From a virus (taxonomy: Duplodnaviria > Heunggongvirae > Uroviricota > Caudoviricetes): a DNA stretch of 16,896 nt. Below are positions 8,892-16,347 of the stretch, one piece after another (position 1 is the first letter of the stretch; each line of letters opens with the position of its first letter). The stretch is from positions 1 to 16,896 of the IMG/VR virus record IMGVR_UViG_2609459854_000004; one strand, written 5' to 3'. Below the pieces are notes generated by a model that was given only the letters and a program-made list of their open reading frames with translations, was not told the origin of the DNA and made no database searches. The position numbers were made by a program, and so were the translations under genes.

Positions 8892-9404
8892 TCAGCCAAG
8901 CCCGAGCGCGGAACGGATGCGATCGGGCACAATGTCCTTGCCGTCCTTCCGGTAAATGAAGTTCAGCAGGTCAATCTCCCACAACGGGCGATCGTTAACG
9001 CTCAGCTTGTAGTAGGTGTTTTTAATGGCGTAAGTGTGTGATGTGGCTTCGCCCTGTTTGGCTTCCCCCATATCAATTTCCGTCACGCGTCCGCGCATTT
9101 CGACTTCATACAGGTCGCTTTCTGCATCGGTGTAGTATTCACCCGCAAAACGCAGCAGCGTGCCGTCAATCGTGCCGCCATACTTAAGGAACAGCTCACG
9201 AACTGCGCCCCCCATGACAAAGCTCGCATCAAGCGCGGAGTCGTCCAGACCGAGATCAATACTTACCGCCCCCATCATGCCACCACCCCGGTAGCTGTCG
9301 GTTTTGCGCGTCAGCTTAGGCAGAGTGACGGACGTCACCTTACCCACTTCGTTTTCACCATCCACAAACAGCGTAAAAAAGCGAAGATGTTTTGGCACAG
9401 CCAT
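8892..9404 (-). CDS. FII: Tail tube protein (P2 gpFII-like)
   Basis: 170-aa ORF; its start overlaps the FI stop (TGATG). Size and position match P2 FII. Confidence 0.85.
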   Translation of the reverse strand: MAVPKHLRFFTLFVDGENEVGKVTSVTLPKLTRKTDSYRGGGMMGAVSIDLGLDDSALDASFVMGGAVRELFLKYGGTIDGTLLRFAGEYYTDAESDLYEVEMRGRVTEIDMGEAKQGEATSHTYAIKNTYYKLSVNDRPLWEIDLLNFIYRKDGKDIVPDRIRSALGLG

Positions 9405-10588
9405 CAGGCACCTCCCAGCACCGCAAATGCGGGTTCAAAGTATTCATCAGTAAACGTCTGGTAAAGCTCCATGTCTTCCAGTGGCGGAACGGGCGTATAT
9501 TTGTAGCGAATACGCACACGCCCCTGACGTAAATCCGTGGTGCTGTTATCCACCACGTCATACCAGCACTCCGCGCCAATCAGCTTCCCGGCAGTAACCA
9601 GTGAATCCAGTTTTGCCCTGATGGCACTGATAACATCCTTCACGTTCGCGGGTGTTAATGGACTGTCGATGGTTTCAAACTGCGCTTCCGCAATTGAATC
9701 AGCCAGCACCTGTGCGGTTCGGGTATACACCTCAAAGATGTAGGCGTTCGTTTCCGGTGTGCGGTTGCCCCAGAAGCGGAACCCGTTGCGACGAATAATG
9801 GTCGTGATTTCTTTGTTGTTGAGGCTGTTGGCATCGCTGTCTTCGGCCTGCAACGACCAGAACACATGCCTCGACATCCCCAGCACATTTTTAACCGGAA
9901 CGTTGGACAGTGATTTGTGCCATCCCTGCTCATGGTCAATGTACGCACGAAGGCCGCACGCATAGGCAGGCGCGGGGAACGTTTCGTTTTTGCCACTTTT
10001 CGGGTTGTAGGCGATGAAGTCCGGCCATAAGAGCATCACCTCACGTTCGTTGAATTTCTGGCGGTAGGTAATCGCCTCAGCCATCGTGTTACAGCCGTGA
10101 CATGAGGCATACACAAACGCGCGCAGTTTACCTGCAATCACGCACAGGGATTTTGTTACAGCCTCCGTGTCCAGCTCCGGCGCGGCCAGAATACGCGGAC
10201 GGTATCCGATGCTTTCATCCTGCTCTGCAACAAGCAGCGCATACATCCCCGTATAGCTGCCGTCATCCTCAGAACCACCGATAACCAGTTGATCCTGCGT
10301 CTTTCCGTCTTCTTCTTTGTGTTCAGCCACGCGAACGACGATCACCTTTGTGCTCACCTGGTCTGCGATGGCCTTAAGCGCACGATAAAGCGTCCCCGTT
10401 GTCCCGCATTTTCCCAGCACGTCATTGACGCGGGTCAGCAGTGTGGGCTTGTTCAGCGGGAACAGCTTCGCGTCCGCATCATCCGCCGTTGCCACGATAC
10501 CGATAACGCTGGAATCAACATCGTTAATCGCTGTTACCAGGTCGGTATTTTCCGTAACACGGGCACCATGAAAACGAGTTTCACTCAT
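9404..10588 (-). CDS. FI: Contractile tail sheath protein (P2 gpFI-like)
   Basis: 394-aa ORF; motifs …ATADDADAKLFPLNKP…GTLYRALKAIADQ…LRAFVYASCHGC…LLWPDF…GWHKSLSNV…IRRNGFRFWGNRT…YTRTAQVLADS…YKYTPVPPLEDMEL resemble P2 FI. Confidence 0.9.
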   Translation of the reverse strand: MSETRFHGARVTENTDLVTAINDVDSSVIGIVATADDADAKLFPLNKPTLLTRVNDVLGKCGTTGTLYRALKAIADQVSTKVIVVRVAEHKEEDGKTQDQLVIGGSEDDGSYTGMYALLVAEQDESIGYRPRILAAPELDTEAVTKSLCVIAGKLRAFVYASCHGCNTMAEAITYRQKFNEREVMLLWPDFIAYNPKSGKNETFPAPAYACGLRAYIDHEQGWHKSLSNVPVKNVLGMSRHVFWSLQAEDSDANSLNNKEITTIIRRNGFRFWGNRTPETNAYIFEVYTRTAQVLADSIAEAQFETIDSPLTPANVKDVISAIRAKLDSLVTAGKLIGAECWYDVVDNSTTDLRQGRVRIRYKYTPVPPLEDMELYQTFTDEYFEPAFAVLGGA

Positions 10589-10745
10589 AGCTTCAGCCCC
10601 TTGTATCCGTTAAATGATTCGGCAACAATCATCACCCACCACGCGCGTAATCTCACCCCTGCGCCGTTCTCCCGATTCGGCGACAACAAAAAGCAGTAAC
10701 CCCTTCCGCACGCACATGCGACCATGCCGCACAGGGAGGGAACAG
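10589..10745. promoter_or_regulatory. Divergent FI/D intergenic region; candidate late (Ogr-type) promoter for the FI operon, with repeated GATTCGGCRACAA motif
   Basis: 157-bp non-coding gap between head-to-head FI and D. Contains two direct copies of GATTCGGC[A/G]ACAA (about 10615-10628 and 10674-10689), a dyad ATGATT-n7-AATCAT (10614-10632) and a palindrome CCGATTCGG. Function inferred only from position. Confidence 0.3.
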
Positions 10746-11855
10746 ATGACTGATACCACCATGCAATTGCTCAGTCAGGGCACAGACCCCGTGAAAATGC
10801 CGGATTTTGATATTCTCGCGGAGGGTAAAACGCTGTCCGGCGTGGCAGAGCGCCTGATGAACCTGTCACTGACCGACAACCGGGGATTTGAAGCAGACCA
10901 GCTCACCATCACGCTGGATGATGCGGATGGTCAGTTGCAGCTACCGCCACGGGGCGCGCGCCTGACGGTTCTCATTGGCTGGAAAGGAGAACCGCTGACA
11001 GAAAAAGGCACTTACATCGTTGATGAAATCGCTCACGAGGGACCGCCGGACAGACTGACTGTTTCAGCCAGAAGCGCAGATTTTCGGGATGAATTTAACG
11101 TTAAACGTGAGGTGTCATGGCATGATGTGACCGTTGAGCGTGTGGTATCCGCCATCGCTCATCGGTACGGCCTGAAACCGCAAATCAGCGAAATGCTGAT
11201 GGATATCGAAATCGACCACGCCGACCAGACCGAAGAAAGCGACATGTCCTTCCTTACGCGCATGGCGGAAATGCTGGGCGCAATCACCACAGTAAAAAGC
11301 GGTAATCTGTTATTCATCATGCCAGGCGGTGGCGTGAACGCACAGGGCCAGCCGTTGCCATCGTTCGCCATCACTCGCAGCAGTGGCGATCGCCATCAGT
11401 TCCGCATTGCTGACCGCGAAGCGTATACGGGGGTACGCGCTTACTGGCTTGATCTTAATTACGGGAAAAAGAAAAAAGTCAGCGTGAAACGCCGCAAACC
11501 GAAAAAAGAGAAAAGCAGCAGCCGTGAAGGTGACTATATGGAAGGTTCGGAAGGCAACGTGTTTGTGTTACGCAAAACTTATCAGAACGAACAGGCAGCA
11601 AGACGCGCAGCGGCGGCAAAGTGGCAGCAGCTACAACGCAGAGCCGCATCATTCTCCATCACACTGGCACGTGGACGCGCAGAACTCTACCCCGAAATGC
11701 ATGGCACGGTGACAGGCTTCAAAAGTGACATCGACAATCAGGACTGGATTATTGCAAAAGCCGAGCACACCATTGATAACAGCGGCTTTACCACGCAGCT
11801 TGAGCTTGAGGCAAAAATCCCAGAGTGGATAGCAGAAACAGAGCGAGCAACATAG
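10746..11855 (+). CDS. D: Tail protein D (P2 gpD-like, late-control gene D family)
   Basis: ATG at 10746 with AGGGAGGG upstream. Motifs …DQLTITLDDADGQLQLPPRGARLTV.IGWKGEPL…SARSADFRDEFN…REVSWHD…SDMSFLTRMAEM…AITRSSGDRHQFRIADREAYTGV…, plus a Lys-rich linker, resemble P2 gpD. Confidence 0.85.
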   Translation: MTDTTMQLLSQGTDPVKMPDFDILAEGKTLSGVAERLMNLSLTDNRGFEADQLTITLDDADGQLQLPPRGARLTVLIGWKGEPLTEKGTYIVDEIAHEGPPDRLTVSARSADFRDEFNVKREVSWHDVTVERVVSAIAHRYGLKPQISEMLMDIEIDHADQTEESDMSFLTRMAEMLGAITTVKSGNLLFIMPGGGVNAQGQPLPSFAITRSSGDRHQFRIADREAYTGVRAYWLDLNYGKKKKVSVKRRKPKKEKSSSREGDYMEGSEGNVFVLRKTYQNEQAARRAAAAKWQQLQRRAASFSITLARGRAELYPEMHGTVTGFKSDIDNQDWIIAKAEHTIDNSGFTTQLELEAKIPEWIAETERAT

Positions 11856-11932
11856 ATACATTAGTTCATGCATAAGCTGGCCAGCTTACTACAAAAAGCT
11901 AGAATAAATTTGGCAATCCGCACAAATTAACA

Positions 11933-11951
11933 GGAGGCAGCTCAGGCCTCC
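11933..11951. terminator. Hairpin between convergent D and thsB (GGAGGC-agctcag-GCCTCC)
   Basis: 6-bp stem with 7-nt loop directly downstream of the thsB stop and about 80 nt downstream of the D stop. No strong T-tract, so terminator function is tentative. Confidence 0.3.
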
Positions 11952-11960
11952 GTGGTTGAA

Positions 11961-12428
11961 TTATTGTTTAATGGCGTTTTCTATCCATGTCGCCAAATTG
12001 TTCTTGATATCGCTATAAGCGTCGTTAAAGTTAGGTTCATATACGAGTGGTTTAATTACTCGATCGCCTCGCTTAAATGTAAATTGGTCGAAAGGATTCG
12101 GTCCTTTTGTCCCATAGCCGTTACGAGGGCATTTCAGTCGATGAATATAAATACCCACCACAGCCTTACCCTCTTTCCAGGCTCTTTCGATCTCATACTT
12201 GACCCATGGGCGATTAGCCGTTTGACTCCCGATCAGTACTACTAAGCAGGATTTGCCATTTAAGCTCTGATTAATCCAATTCTTCACGCCCTGCTCAGTT
12301 CGTTTAATTTGTTCCCAAGTATTTGGGCTAACCGGTTCATCCCCCTCCAGCACTCCCATGTTACGAATCTGCTGTACCCGCATAACATCGTTATCAAAGT
12401 GAAAGCTGTAAAATACCTTACGTTTCAT
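11961..12428 (-). CDS. thsB: Thoeris ThsB-like TIR-domain protein (DUF1863-type TIR)
   Basis: 155 aa; MKRKVFYSFHFDNDV…LVVLIGSQTANRPWVKYEIERAW…KGPNPFDQF matches the ThsB/TIR-like signature (KxVFxSFHxxD…LIGSQT…W…YEI). Strong AGGAGG 6 nt upstream of the ATG; 2-bp gap to the thsA stop, so likely co-translated. AT-rich island. Confidence 0.7.
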   Translation of the reverse strand: MKRKVFYSFHFDNDVMRVQQIRNMGVLEGDEPVSPNTWEQIKRTEQGVKNWINQSLNGKSCLVVLIGSQTANRPWVKYEIERAWKEGKAVVGIYIHRLKCPRNGYGTKGPNPFDQFTFKRGDRVIKPLVYEPNFNDAYSDIKNNLATWIENAIKQ

Positions 12429-12430
12429 AT

Positions 12431-13876
12431 CTAACCTCCTAGTTTCTTTAAAATTTCTAAAACTTTCATTTCGATATTTGCCCGATTAGCAGAGAGATCT
12501 GCAAGCTGAGCAACTTCCTTTTCCAACCAAGGGTACCGGACAAAATGTTTACTTGGATCCGTCAGCATCTCGTCAGCTAGTTCCTTGGCCATATAACCAG
12601 TGACGCCAAGTGGAAGCACGACAACCCCTGTTTCCTGAGCAATTTGAAACTCCCTTCGGACCCCATCAGCATTAACGATTCGACCATCATGGAGTTTATT
12701 CCCAAAAAGGAATATAGCGATTCCAGAAAGACCAATCATACGCTGCCGATATTCGTCCCATAGCTCGCTCAGGGCTTTATCGTTTGATGAGTGTTGAGGG
12801 AATGGCCGCATGATAAGTTGCTCTTCTGAGTACTTATCAGGCTTAGAATAAATGGCTTCAAGAGCTCCGTTGATGACCGCACTACCAATACCCCATCCAA
12901 ACCCATTGACAACTCGATAGCCATTCTTCACCAAAGATGACGAAAGTATGTGTACAAAGTTTAGTGCTTCCTGTTTGTCCCAAGCGCCATACTCTTCTGC
13001 ACTACCAGATATAAATATGGTCTTCTTGAGGAAGCGACTCTCAATCTCTTTCAATATAAGTGGAATATCATCGTACTCGTTTACTAATACAGCCTGAATG
13101 CCAAAACGGAGCAAATCGCGAATATGATGTTCTTGCCTACGCTGCCTATACATAGCGCCAGCTTCATCTTCATTTCCTTGCGGCAGAGAGGGTTCCTTAC
13201 GAAGAAAGCAGTAGTGTCTACGACGATGCTTCTCCGGAACATGCAATCGGCTCAATATGTAATCAAGATTAGGATCAGTAAAACTGAAGCCAATAAATAA
13301 GAATGTCTTAGAAATCAAATCTCCACTCAATGCTGTAACAAACCCCTCATGGGTCTTGTAGTACTGCTCATACTGAGCTTTATAAAGTATGGCGTCACCT
13401 GGCGAGCTAACATCACCATGCATTTTGTAAACAACAGCATCTCGTTTAGGACGAGTGGAAATAAGATCATCGGTTCTGCGTTTAATATCTGCGACACGGT
13501 AGTTTTCTTTGAGACTATCTTCAATCAAAGTGTCATAGTTGGTTGTCCAATAAGTTCTAATGGGTAGTCTAGCAAGGATTTTATGGGCTTCGGAAGGTTC
13601 CGCTTGCTCCGAGAATTCCTCTAGGATTTTTCTAGCTAAACCAGTTGAGCTGTTGTTCTTGTTGACATGGTATTGTGCAACCGAAATTAAGTCGTGCTCT
13701 AGCTCAACAGAAAGGCCTAATTCTTCAGCAATTTCACGCAGCAGTTCACTCCAATTAACGAAGCCGCTGGTTCTAGATAGGCCCGCACCAGCAAAAACGG
13801 CGGCAACCCCTTCTTCGAGATCCTTCACATAAGTCCTGATAAAAGCTTCAACTTCAGCCGAAAACTGAACACTCAT
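12431..13876 (-). CDS. thsA: Thoeris ThsA-like protein, N-terminal SIR2 (NADase) domain plus C-terminal SLOG/STALD sensor domain
   Basis: SIR2 motifs AAVFAGAGLSRTSGF…, …RTYWTTNYDTLIE… (catalytic Asn) and …AVVYKMHGDV… (catalytic His), then …TFLFIGFSFTDPNLDYIL…. C-terminal SLOG-like motifs …IFISGSAEEYGAW…NGFGWGIGSAVINGALE…IFLFGN…. Preferred start is ATG 13876 (MSVQF…); the ORF track gives TTG at 13897. Confidence 0.7.
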   Translation of the reverse strand: MSVQFSAEVEAFIRTYVKDLEEGVAAVFAGAGLSRTSGFVNWSELLREIAEELGLSVELEHDLISVAQYHVNKNNSSTGLARKILEEFSEQAEPSEAHKILARLPIRTYWTTNYDTLIEDSLKENYRVADIKRRTDDLISTRPKRDAVVYKMHGDVSSPGDAILYKAQYEQYYKTHEGFVTALSGDLISKTFLFIGFSFTDPNLDYILSRLHVPEKHRRRHYCFLRKEPSLPQGNEDEAGAMYRQRRQEHHIRDLLRFGIQAVLVNEYDDIPLILKEIESRFLKKTIFISGSAEEYGAWDKQEALNFVHILSSSLVKNGYRVVNGFGWGIGSAVINGALEAIYSKPDKYSEEQLIMRPFPQHSSNDKALSELWDEYRQRMIGLSGIAIFLFGNKLHDGRIVNADGVRREFQIAQETGVVVLPLGVTGYMAKELADEMLTDPSKHFVRYPWLEKEVAQLADLSANRANIEMKVLEILKKLGG

Positions 13877-14289
13877 ATTTTTAGACAATCCGGTCAAAAG
13901 ATAGACATAAACTTCTTACCACAAACTAACCTTTGTAGTTCTATACACCGCTTTTACGCTGTGCTTTAGTATCCAAATGGATTCATTACTACTGGGGTCA
14001 GTACCTATTGAGTAAGTAGGTAGAAAGCCATTACTAGCTCCAATACTCGCTAAGTATATGAGGCAATTAGGTGGTATTTTCAAGTTCACCGAGCCTGATA
14101 CAGGGCCATAGGAATAAATAGTCACATTTTCGTAGCTCTTTTCCACTATTGGTAGTTAAATAATTACTTTCACTTTATCGCTCAAAGCGTACTCTCAGGT
14201 TTATTGCTTTTTAGTTACATAAACCGTCAGTTAGAGTTTGTACCTGTACAACCTAGAATAACGGTAGCAACACGTTTGGGGAGGTCGCA

Positions 14290-14550
14290 ATGTTCCGTTG
14301 TCCACTTTGTGGTGCATCTGCCCGTATCCGCACCAGTCGTCCGGAAAATGATTCAAACACTGTACGACAAAAGTATTACCAGTGTAATAACTTAGAATGC
14401 GGCGTATGCTTCTCAACACTGGAAGCTTTTCATAAGTTCACATCAAAACACACCTCCTGCGTTCACTCTTCAGGGGATATTCCGTGGCATGAGCTGCCAG
14501 CTTCACACAAGGGAAACAATCAGATGAGTTTGCCTTTACCTCAGAATTAA
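14290..14550 (+). CDS. ogr: Ogr/Delta-family zinc-finger late transcription activator
   Basis: MFRCPLCGASARIRTSR…YYQCNNLECGVCF: a C-x2-C…C-x4-C zinc finger with Ogr-like spacing; GGGGAGG upstream. At 86 aa it is longer than P2 Ogr by a C-terminal extension. Confidence 0.8.
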   Translation: MFRCPLCGASARIRTSRPENDSNTVRQKYYQCNNLECGVCFSTLEAFHKFTSKHTSCVHSSGDIPWHELPASHKGNNQMSLPLPQN

Positions 14551-14638
14551 CAAGCAGAATTGCCGGAGTAGCAAAAAAGCGATAGATTACGCGCGGGTGC
14601 CTTTCGGCTGATGGTCGGAGGGAATACCCGAAGGCCAG

Positions 14639-14875
14639 ATGTGGAAAGGCCCCGGAAAAACATCTCTGTTTAACCGAGGCCCTAACCGCATTACCTTGAC
14701 AAGTGAAAGGTTAGCGCCTCTCCGGAAAAGGAGCAAGTGCTATGTCGCAAAAATCGCTTACGGCCATCACGTTCTGCGTGACGGCAATCCTCATCATCTG
14801 GATGCTGCACGGTTCGCTGTGCGAAATACGGATGAGCTTCTGGGGAGCGGAGTTTGCGGCGTTCTTACAGTGTAA
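14639..14875 (+). CDS. mok: mok-like overlapping reading frame (modulator of killing) of a hok/sok-type locus
   Basis: 78-aa ORF in a different frame that almost completely overlaps the hok-like ORF and ends 7 nt before its stop. This is the arrangement characteristic of mok/hok. No independent sequence support. Confidence 0.35.
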   Translation: MWKGPGKTSLFNRGPNRITLTSERLAPLRKRSKCYVAKIAYGHHVLRDGNPHHLDAARFAVRNTDELLGSGVCGVLTV

Positions 14876-14882
14876 GCAGTAA
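14742..14882 (+). CDS. hok: Hok/Gef-family type I toxin (small membrane peptide)
   Basis: 46-aa ORF MSQKSLTAITFCVTAILIIWMLHGSLCEIRMSFWGAEFAAFLQCKQ: single TM helix followed by the Hok/Gef signature SLCEIR…E.AAF. Not in the supplied ORF track because it is under 60 aa. Confidence 0.7.
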   Translation: MSQKSLTAITFCVTAILIIWMLHGSLCEIRMSFWGAEFAAFLQCKQ

Positions 14883-14891
14883 GGAAACCGC

Positions 14892-14913
14892 GACGGGGGA
14901 GCAATCCCCCGTC
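14892..14913 (+). other. Strong stem-loop in hok mRNA 3' region (GACGGGGGA-gcaa-TCCCCCGTC)
   Basis: Perfect 9-bp GC-rich stem with 4-nt loop immediately after the hok stop, consistent with the folded 3' elements of hok-family mRNAs. Confidence 0.5.
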
Positions 14914-14968
14914 AATCGGTTGCCAAGGTAAGGTCGATAAGGCACCCTATCTCATAGAGATGAATAAC

Positions 14969-15005
14969 AAACCCGCAGCGTAAAAACTGCGGGGTTTCTT
15001 TTTGG
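14969..15005 (+). terminator. Rho-independent terminator of the hok transcript
   Basis: CCCGCAG-cgtaaaaa-CTGCGGG stem followed by GTTTCTTTTT. Confidence 0.6.
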
Positions 15006-15071
15006 AACTCTCACTAGCTAGTGTACCGTTAGCGGCACATAATGCTCGCACAACAAACCAGTTAAAAGAGA

Positions 15072-15353
15072 TTACTCAGCATTCTCCTGCTTCCATTGCC
15101 GGATCATTTCATCGGTAACATCACTCTCATAACATACCACGTCATACCCTCCAGTACGGCTATATGCACTGCGTCCACCACATCTACTACCATTCCTTGC
15201 ATGATTATAAGGACACGCACAATTGCCTGGATAAGATTCAATGGATTCTTTAATTATTTCTTTCTTGATCTGAGCATCTGACTTTCCTTTTGCTGCATAC
15301 CCACTAAAAGATACCAAACAAAGGCAGATTGCCATTAATAAACCACATCGCAT
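15072..15353 (-). CDS. Small secreted Cys-containing protein of unknown function (predicted signal peptide)
   Basis: From ATG 15353: MRCGLLMAICLCLVSFSGYAAKG… has a typical Sec signal peptide (AxA-like YAA cleavage motif), then a 70-aa mature region with 4 Cys (…GNCACPYNHARNGSRCGG…VVCY…). The ORF-track N-terminal extension to 15467 precedes the signal peptide and is less plausible. AT-rich islet. Confidence 0.4.
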   Translation of the reverse strand: MRCGLLMAICLCLVSFSGYAAKGKSDAQIKKEIIKESIESYPGNCACPYNHARNGSRCGGRSAYSRTGGYDVVCYESDVTDEMIRQWKQENAE

Positions 15354-15812
15354 ACCGATACACTCTATTACTAACCAATCATAGCCCACATCATAAAATC
15401 GAGATGAGGAGTACAACACCTTTAACAAGAAGGTGCCATCACGATAATATGTCGTGCAATTCATCAAAAAAAAGATCTATATCAAAGAGATAGAGTTATT
15501 ATCAGTGCTGCAGACATCAGCATTCGAGGCAGCAGAAAAACAGTTAATCTAACGAATTTGTATTTTCTCAGGATGTTGTCAGATTAAAAAAGATAGATTA
15601 GCGCAGACACCTTTTGGCGGGTGGTAGGAGGAAAAATGAAGTTGAGTGGGAAGATCCCAGAAAAAATTTTGATTTAACCAAGGCCCTAGTTCAACATGCG
15701 AAATACAGATTAGTTGCAGGAGAGTTCTGCTTCACGCTTAGAGCTTCAACAGACGTGCACTATCATTGTTTCTGCATATCGCCACATCATCGCCACTTTA
15801 CCGCCATTGCAC

Positions 15813-15839
15813 AAAAAAAAAAAAAAAAAAAACCCCCCC
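15813..15839. repeat. Homopolymeric tract A20 C7 (T20-preceded-by-G7 on the tRNA strand)
   Basis: Directly visible run of 20 A followed by 7 C on the + strand, about 55 bp beyond the 3' end of tRNA-Leu. Confidence 0.9.
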
Positions 15840-15893
15840 GAAGGTGGTTTCACGACACTGCTTATTGCTTTGATTTTATTCTTATCTTTCCCA

Positions 15894-15980
15894 TGGTACC
15901 CGGAGCGGGACTTGAACCCGCACAGCGCGAACGCCGAGGGATTTTAAATCCCTTGTGTCTACCGATTCCACCATCCGGGC
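15894..15980 (-). tRNA. leuZ: tRNA-Leu (anticodon TAA)
   Basis: Reverse complement reads GCCCGGATGGTGGAATCGGTAGACACAAGGGATTTAAAATCCCTCGGCGTTCGCGCTGTGCGGGTTCAAGTCCCGCTCCGGGTACCA: 87 nt with long variable arm, anticodon loop TT-TAA-AA, encoded CCA. Confidence 0.9.
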
Positions 15981-15992
15981 TCGGGAAGAAAG

Positions 15993-16066
15993 TGGAGGCG
16001 CGTTCCGGAGTCGAACCGGACTAGACGGATTTGCAATCCGCTACATAACCGCTTTGTTAACGCGCC
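15993..16066 (-). tRNA. cysT: tRNA-Cys (anticodon GCA)
   Basis: Reverse complement reads GGCGCGTTAACAAAGCGGTTATGTAGCGGATTGCAAATCCGTCTAGTCCGGTTCGACTCCGGAACGCGCCTCCA. Confidence 0.9.
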
Positions 16067-16120
16067 AAATTCTTCAGGCCTTTCAGCCAGACATCCGCTT
16101 GACGCCGATGTCTTTTAAAC

Positions 16121-16196
<76 letters not shown>

Positions 16197-16347
16197 ATTC
16201 ATCAAGCAATCAGTTAATCACTTGATTTTATTATCGTCTGGCAATCAGTGCCGCCGTTCGATGCGTTGCATTCTACTTACCTGGCGCGATGAGTCAACGA
16301 TATTTTTCACCACTTTTGATTGTTTGCTGAAAATTACGCCGAAACGA

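Noticed and set aside
5018-10603. Short direct matches (CAGCCCCTT, CGTTAAAT) near both inversion junctions as possible recombination sites
   Set aside because: They are in direct, not inverted, orientation and only 8-9 bp long, so they are not evidence for the mechanism of the inversion and are probably chance matches.
13898-14289. ORFs 13916-14146 (-), 14204-14395 (+) and 14231-14419 (-) in the thsA-ogr gap
   Set aside because: They lie in AT-rich promoter DNA or antisense to ogr, have no recognisable motifs or SD, and overlap each other. More likely non-coding regulatory sequence.
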